A DNA stretch of 28,735 nt from a virus (taxonomy: Duplodnaviria > Heunggongvirae > Uroviricota > Caudoviricetes): the IMG/VR virus record IMGVR_UViG_2585427791_000002; one strand, written 5' to 3'. Below, piece after piece: positions 24,315 through 28,735 of the stretch. Below the pieces are notes generated by a model that was not told the origin of the DNA, searched no databases, and was given only the letters and a program-made list of their open reading frames with translations. Within the stretch, counting starts at the first letter, position 1, and each line of letters opens with the position of its first letter. The translations under genes and the position numbers were made by a program.

Positions 24315-24545
24315 TCAACTCAAGAGCCTTATTGCTGCTTCCAGAATTTCTTCTGAAGTAACATGTCGATCCGCGGCTACATAAATGACTTTATGATCTC
24401 CGGTCAGAGATGGAAACCCTGCGGCCATTACAGTAAGGTGTGTTTTTTCGCCATTTGGATATTCACGCATGATGGTGTTAACTCCAGTCATCGCTGGCAC
24501 TACCACTGCTGGTTCAGAGTTAAAAAAAACTATGATTTTTTTCAT
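24315..24545 (-). CDS. Small hypothetical protein (occupies the position of ynfN in Qin)
   Basis: ORF MKKIIVFFNSEPAVVVPAMTGVNTIMREYPNGEKTHLTVMAAGFPSLTGDHKVIYVAADRHVTSEEILEAAIRLLS; the longer track ORF has an unlikely N-terminal extension; no family recognised. Confidence 0.4.
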   Translation of the reverse strand: MKKIIVFFNSEPAVVVPAMTGVNTIMREYPNGEKTHLTVMAAGFPSLTGDHKVIYVAADRHVTSEEILEAAIRLLS

Positions 24546-24816
24546 GATGTTACCGTAGTATGTGAGTATCCATCGAATAGACACCAAGCCAAAAAGCTCC
24601 CGAAGGAGCCTTCATTTTCACTTTTTTAAATCCAACGACAGACGGCTGGCATTTAAGTATTGTGAAATATTATCAAATGTAATCATCATTGATTTACAAA
24701 AGATACATTTTGCCCCGAAAGGATTCATGTCAGAAACATCAAAAGATGATGTTCTATACTGGGAACCATGACAACACGGGCATCTAAAGTGAATATGGTT
24801 TGTAATATTGTCTACC

Positions 24817-25029
24817 TCAAAGCGCCACTACATGAACAGCGGCAGGACCTTTAGGTCCGTTCTCAATACCAAATTCAACTTCCTGATTCTCAGTTAATGT
24901 TTTGAAATCGTTGCTCTGAATTGCTGAGAAATGGACAAACACATCTTTGCTGCCATCTTTCGGCGTGATGAAACCAAAACCTTTTTCAGGGTTAAACCAT
25001 TTTACTAAACCAGTCATTTTGTTAGACAT
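24817..25029 (-). CDS. cspI: Cold-shock protein (CspA family), CspI-like
   Basis: 70 aa [70 protein letters not shown] with RNP1/RNP2 motifs (KGFGFI, VFVHF); long AT-rich leader upstream. Confidence 0.93.
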   Translation of the reverse strand: MSNKMTGLVKWFNPEKGFGFITPKDGSKDVFVHFSAIQSNDFKTLTENQEVEFGIENGPKGPAAVHVVAL

Positions 25030-25391
25030 AATTATTACCTTTTGAAGAAATTAGCCCTTGGGCAGAATGGTCCGAAAAAAAATATCAGAGAGAAAAACCA
25101 ACAAGGAAATCTCAAGAGGTACAAATAATAAAATTATAACAATGACTGCTTCAGATAAATTTGTAACAAACCAGAACACCATTAACGCATGATTAACCAC
25201 CCATAGCAAGGATTACTTTTGTAAAGAAAAACACAGCAATGAAAGAATAGCTTTATTTATTAATAAAACGTGTCATTCTGATTAAGACCTTTTATCTTAC
25301 CCTTAAGATTTCAGGAATTTTGGCTCATGGAAGAGTCCTTTTTATTTAAATTTTACATTCCGCGATGTAAATGTTCCGATTTAATATTACC

Positions 25392-26419
<1,028 letters not shown>

Positions 26420-26730
26420 AGATATTTATGATGAGGACGCTCGTGCTTATTGGCAGGATTTTCAATCTTAAAGGAGTACTGACGCTGCAGATAAGACTCA
26501 ACTTTTCTGACAATTTTTCTGCTACTTCCAGGAAGACTTGCCGGACGCTCATTCTGGCTGCTGCCTCATAAAACTCCAGCGTAGCTCCTTCAACACGGTC
26601 CATGGCGACATCCAGGCCAAAAATTTCACCGTCAAAGCGTTCTTTGTCCTGTAAGGCTACAGTTACCGTAACTTTATTCTCAAAATTACGGACTCCTTTC
26701 ACAACCAGTTCATAGTCTTGAGTCATTGGA

Positions 26731-26946
26731 TTATTCTCCTCTCGCAGCCTTACGCCTGTCTTCTTTAATCTTGAAATAAAGATTTGTCAGATACGTCAGC
26801 AGGCCAAAAACCAGGCTACCCAGCACACCGATTGCAGCCCACTGTGACGGAGTTACTTTATCGAGTAACTGCAATGCCCAGAAACCAGCATTACCCGCCG
26901 ATGTGCCATAGGCAACACCTGTTGTTAACTTATCCATTGATTTCAT
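26731..26946 (-). CDS. essQ: Class II holin / pinholin (S21-like) with dual-start motif
   Basis: 71 aa [71 protein letters not shown]; two transmembrane segments, Met1/Met4 dual start, charged C-terminus; lies immediately upstream of the ydfR-like gene and endolysin. Confidence 0.9.
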   Translation of the reverse strand: MKSMDKLTTGVAYGTSAGNAGFWALQLLDKVTPSQWAAIGVLGSLVFGLLTYLTNLYFKIKEDRRKAARGE

Positions 26947-27165
26947 ATCCTCACCCCGATGTACACGGATGGTGCAATATGTTTGAAAAGATCGGAGTCT
27001 ACGGGGTAGTTTTGACAGCACACGTTGTTCTCAACGGCGCTAAAAAAACATACACATTAAAAATGTGGGTAATTATTTTGAAAGAAAGTCATATATAAAA
27101 TAATAATACGAGAAATGTTTTCATATTTAGTGTACTGTATACGGCCATTTATACAGGAAAAGCCT

Positions 27166-27336
27166 ATGTCAGAACGTAAAGACTCAAAATCACGCCGTAA
27201 TTATCTCGTTAAATGTTCCTGCCCAAACTGCACCCAAGAGTCAGAACACAGTTTTTCAAGAGTACAAAAAGGTGCCCTTTTGATCTGCCCTCATTGCAAC
27301 AAAGTATTCCAGACAAATCTTAAAGCTGTAGCCTGA
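27166..27336 (+). CDS. ynfU: Small putative zinc-ribbon protein (YnfU-like), opposite strand to the lysis genes
   Basis: 56 aa MSERKDSKSRRNYLVKCSCPNCTQESEHSFSRVQKGALLICPHCNKVFQTNLKAVA with CxCxxC…CxxC; AGGA ribosome-binding site 7 nt upstream; name from memory of K-12 Qin. Confidence 0.6.
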   Translation: MSERKDSKSRRNYLVKCSCPNCTQESEHSFSRVQKGALLICPHCNKVFQTNLKAVA

Positions 27337-27394
27337 TTGATTTTATTAGTAACAAGTATTTTTTATATTTTAATAATATATTTAAAGCAGATAA

Positions 27395-27420
27395 TAAAAA
27401 ACCCGCCTGAGCGGGTTTGA
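27395..27420 (-). terminator. Putative rho-independent terminator (possibly bidirectional)
   Basis: AACCCGC-CTGA-GCGGGTT hairpin; the minus strand has a following T-run (TTTTTTATT), the plus strand only TTTGAGATT. Confidence 0.45.
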
Positions 27421-27699
27421 GATTGTGGTGCTTTTTGTGGGAGTCATCCACTTACGCACTTTGTTTTGCGATGCCAGCAGTTAGCTTCTGCTGTGAAACT
27501 ATTCATGCAGCAAACCTGCACTTCACCACAATGGTTAGCATACTTTTCCTGATTAAGATTTTGCCAAATATGCTGGCCATTGTTTCATGTATTGGACCTC
27601 CTTACTTTTTATTAAAGAGATCCAATATTCACTACTCTGTCCGTATCTCTACTCAGGCATCAGCCTTCTTCGTTATCGTATACAGACGAGCGATGAATT

Positions 27700-27915
27700 T
27701 TAATCAGTAATGATGACATTTGCTGCTGCAGGACCTTTAGCACCACTCTCTATAGAGAAGGTAACCTTTTGACCTTCAAATAAGGTTCGATAATTATCAT
27801 TCTGAATCGCAGAAAAATGCACAAACACATCTTTACTACCATCAACAGGAGAAATAAAGCCGAAACCTTTATCAGCGTTAAACCATTTTACTAAACCAGT
27901 CATTTTATTTGACAT
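27700..27915 (-). CDS. cspB: Cold-shock protein (CspA family), CspB-like
   Basis: 71 aa [71 protein letters not shown]; AAGGAA ribosome-binding site; long AT-rich upstream leader. Confidence 0.93.
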   Translation of the reverse strand: MSNKMTGLVKWFNADKGFGFISPVDGSKDVFVHFSAIQNDNYRTLFEGQKVTFSIESGAKGPAAANVIITD

Positions 27916-28212
27916 TCTACATTCCTTAACTTGAGCCTTTCGGCATAAATGGTTTGCATAACAGAAACGACTTCGTACTTAATTGGAGAGACTCAAAGAA
28001 GGAATAAGTGAATAACACCTGAAATGAGAACTGCTTTAGTAAACTACTTCGTATATCGTCTGTTCTTCAAACCGACACAGTCATTAACTCATAGTTGAAC
28101 ATATGAAGCAATGTTTATTTTAGACATCCAGCCACCTTCAACCCTATCAAAAAAGTAGTTTTCTCCAGGAACGTGTGTATGGTGCACCAGGTTATCAGTA
28201 TTAAGGAGTTTT

Positions 28213-28439
28213 TCTGTCCCCTAAAATGACAGGAATTGTCAAAAACTTTGACTACAAAAGCAGCAAAGGTCTTATATTCCCATCCGATGGCGTATCGATG
28301 CCCAGCTTCACGTTTCAGCTCTCAATCTTCGAGATGCAGAAGAAATTACCACAGGATTACGCGTGGAATTTTGCTGGATAAATGGTTCGCGTGGACCTTC
28401 AACTGCCAATGTTTATCCCGGGATGAGATTCAATATCTC
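28213..28439 (+). pseudogene. cspF: Decayed cspF-like cold-shock gene (start codon lost, internal frameshift), ending at the IS1 junction
   Basis: After AAGGAG the frame reads (L)[25 protein letters not shown], then shifts; a second frame continues …[40 protein letters not shown]…, together resembling a CspF-type protein; the expected ATG position is CTG. Confidence 0.55.
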
Positions 28440-28735
28440 GGTAATGACTCCAACTTATTGATAGTGTTTTATGTTCAGATAATGCCCGATGACTTTGTCA
28501 TGCAGCTCCACCGATTTTGAGAACGACAGTGACTTCCTGCCCAGCCTTGCCAGATGCTGCCTCAGATTCAGGTTATGCCGCTCAATGCGCTGCGTATATC
28601 GCTTGCTGATAACGTGCAGTTCTCCCTTCAGGCGTGATTCATAAAGCGGCCAGCCATCTGTCATCCATACCACGACCTCAAAGGCCGACAGCAGGCCCAG
28701 AAGACGCTCCAGCGTGGCCAGCGTGCGTTCACCGA
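28440..28735 (-). mobile_element. IS1: IS1-family insertion sequence (divergent variant), terminal repeat at 28440 and continuing past the window end
   Basis: Terminus GGTAATGACTCCAACTTATTGATAGTG… matches the IS1 inverted repeat; the adjacent minus-strand ORF matches the InsB C-terminus. Confidence 0.88.
28455..28735 (-). CDS. insB: IS1 transposase InsB, C-terminal part (5' end outside the window)
   Basis: …[75 protein letters not shown]; the frame stays open to the window edge; a few substitutions relative to canonical IS1 InsB as I recall it. Confidence 0.88.
   Translation of the reverse strand, partial: GERTLATLERLLGLLSAFEVVVWMTDGWPLYESRLKGELHVISKRYTQRIERHNLNLRQHLARLGRKSLSFSKSVELHDKVIGHYLNIKHYQ

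Noticed and set aside
24562-24771. 69 aa and 88 aa plus-strand ORFs in the ynfN-cspI intergenic region
   Set aside because: AT-rich intergenic sequence that includes a terminator-like hairpin (about 24588-24612); no ribosome-binding site and no recognisable domain.
27417-27710. 97 aa plus-strand ORF between the ynfU-like gene and cspB
   Set aside because: Begins inside a terminator hairpin, overlaps the cspB 3' end, and is rich in Cys/Phe/Trp with no ribosome-binding site; more likely cspB 3' untranslated region.
28236-28520. 94 aa plus-strand ORF spanning the cspF remnant and the IS1 terminus
   Set aside because: A frame-hopping artefact that crosses the IS1 inverted repeat; the real signal is the decayed cspF gene in other frames.

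Overview
This window is most of the late region of a lambdoid prophage in an enterobacterial (E. coli-like) chromosome, and I see no evidence for a novel system. The calls rest on reading the six-frame translations against remembered lambda and E. coli K-12 Qin protein sequences; no search was run. From high to low coordinates on the minus strand it carries a Qin/phage-21-type lysis cassette (pinholin, SAR endolysin, Rz with embedded Rz1) and small accessory ('moron') genes (cspB, cspI, gnsB, ydfO, ynfO and others). A cos site follows, then a complete lambda-type morphogenesis module collinear with lambda Nu1-A-W-B-C-D-E-FI-FII-Z-U-V-G-T-H-M-L-K-I-J-lom-stf. Two insertion sequences bracket the region: an IS3 copy (1..1246) interrupts the 3' end of the side tail fibre gene, and a divergent IS1 copy (28440 to window end) sits beside a decayed cspF-like gene. 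The most checkable observations are two probable pseudogenes (ydfR-like frameshift, cspF-like start loss plus frameshift) and the mosaic join between lambda-type structural genes and Qin-type lysis genes at cos. Coordinates come from the supplied ORF track; positions I read off the sequence myself (hairpins, cosN, slippery site) may be off by a base or two.
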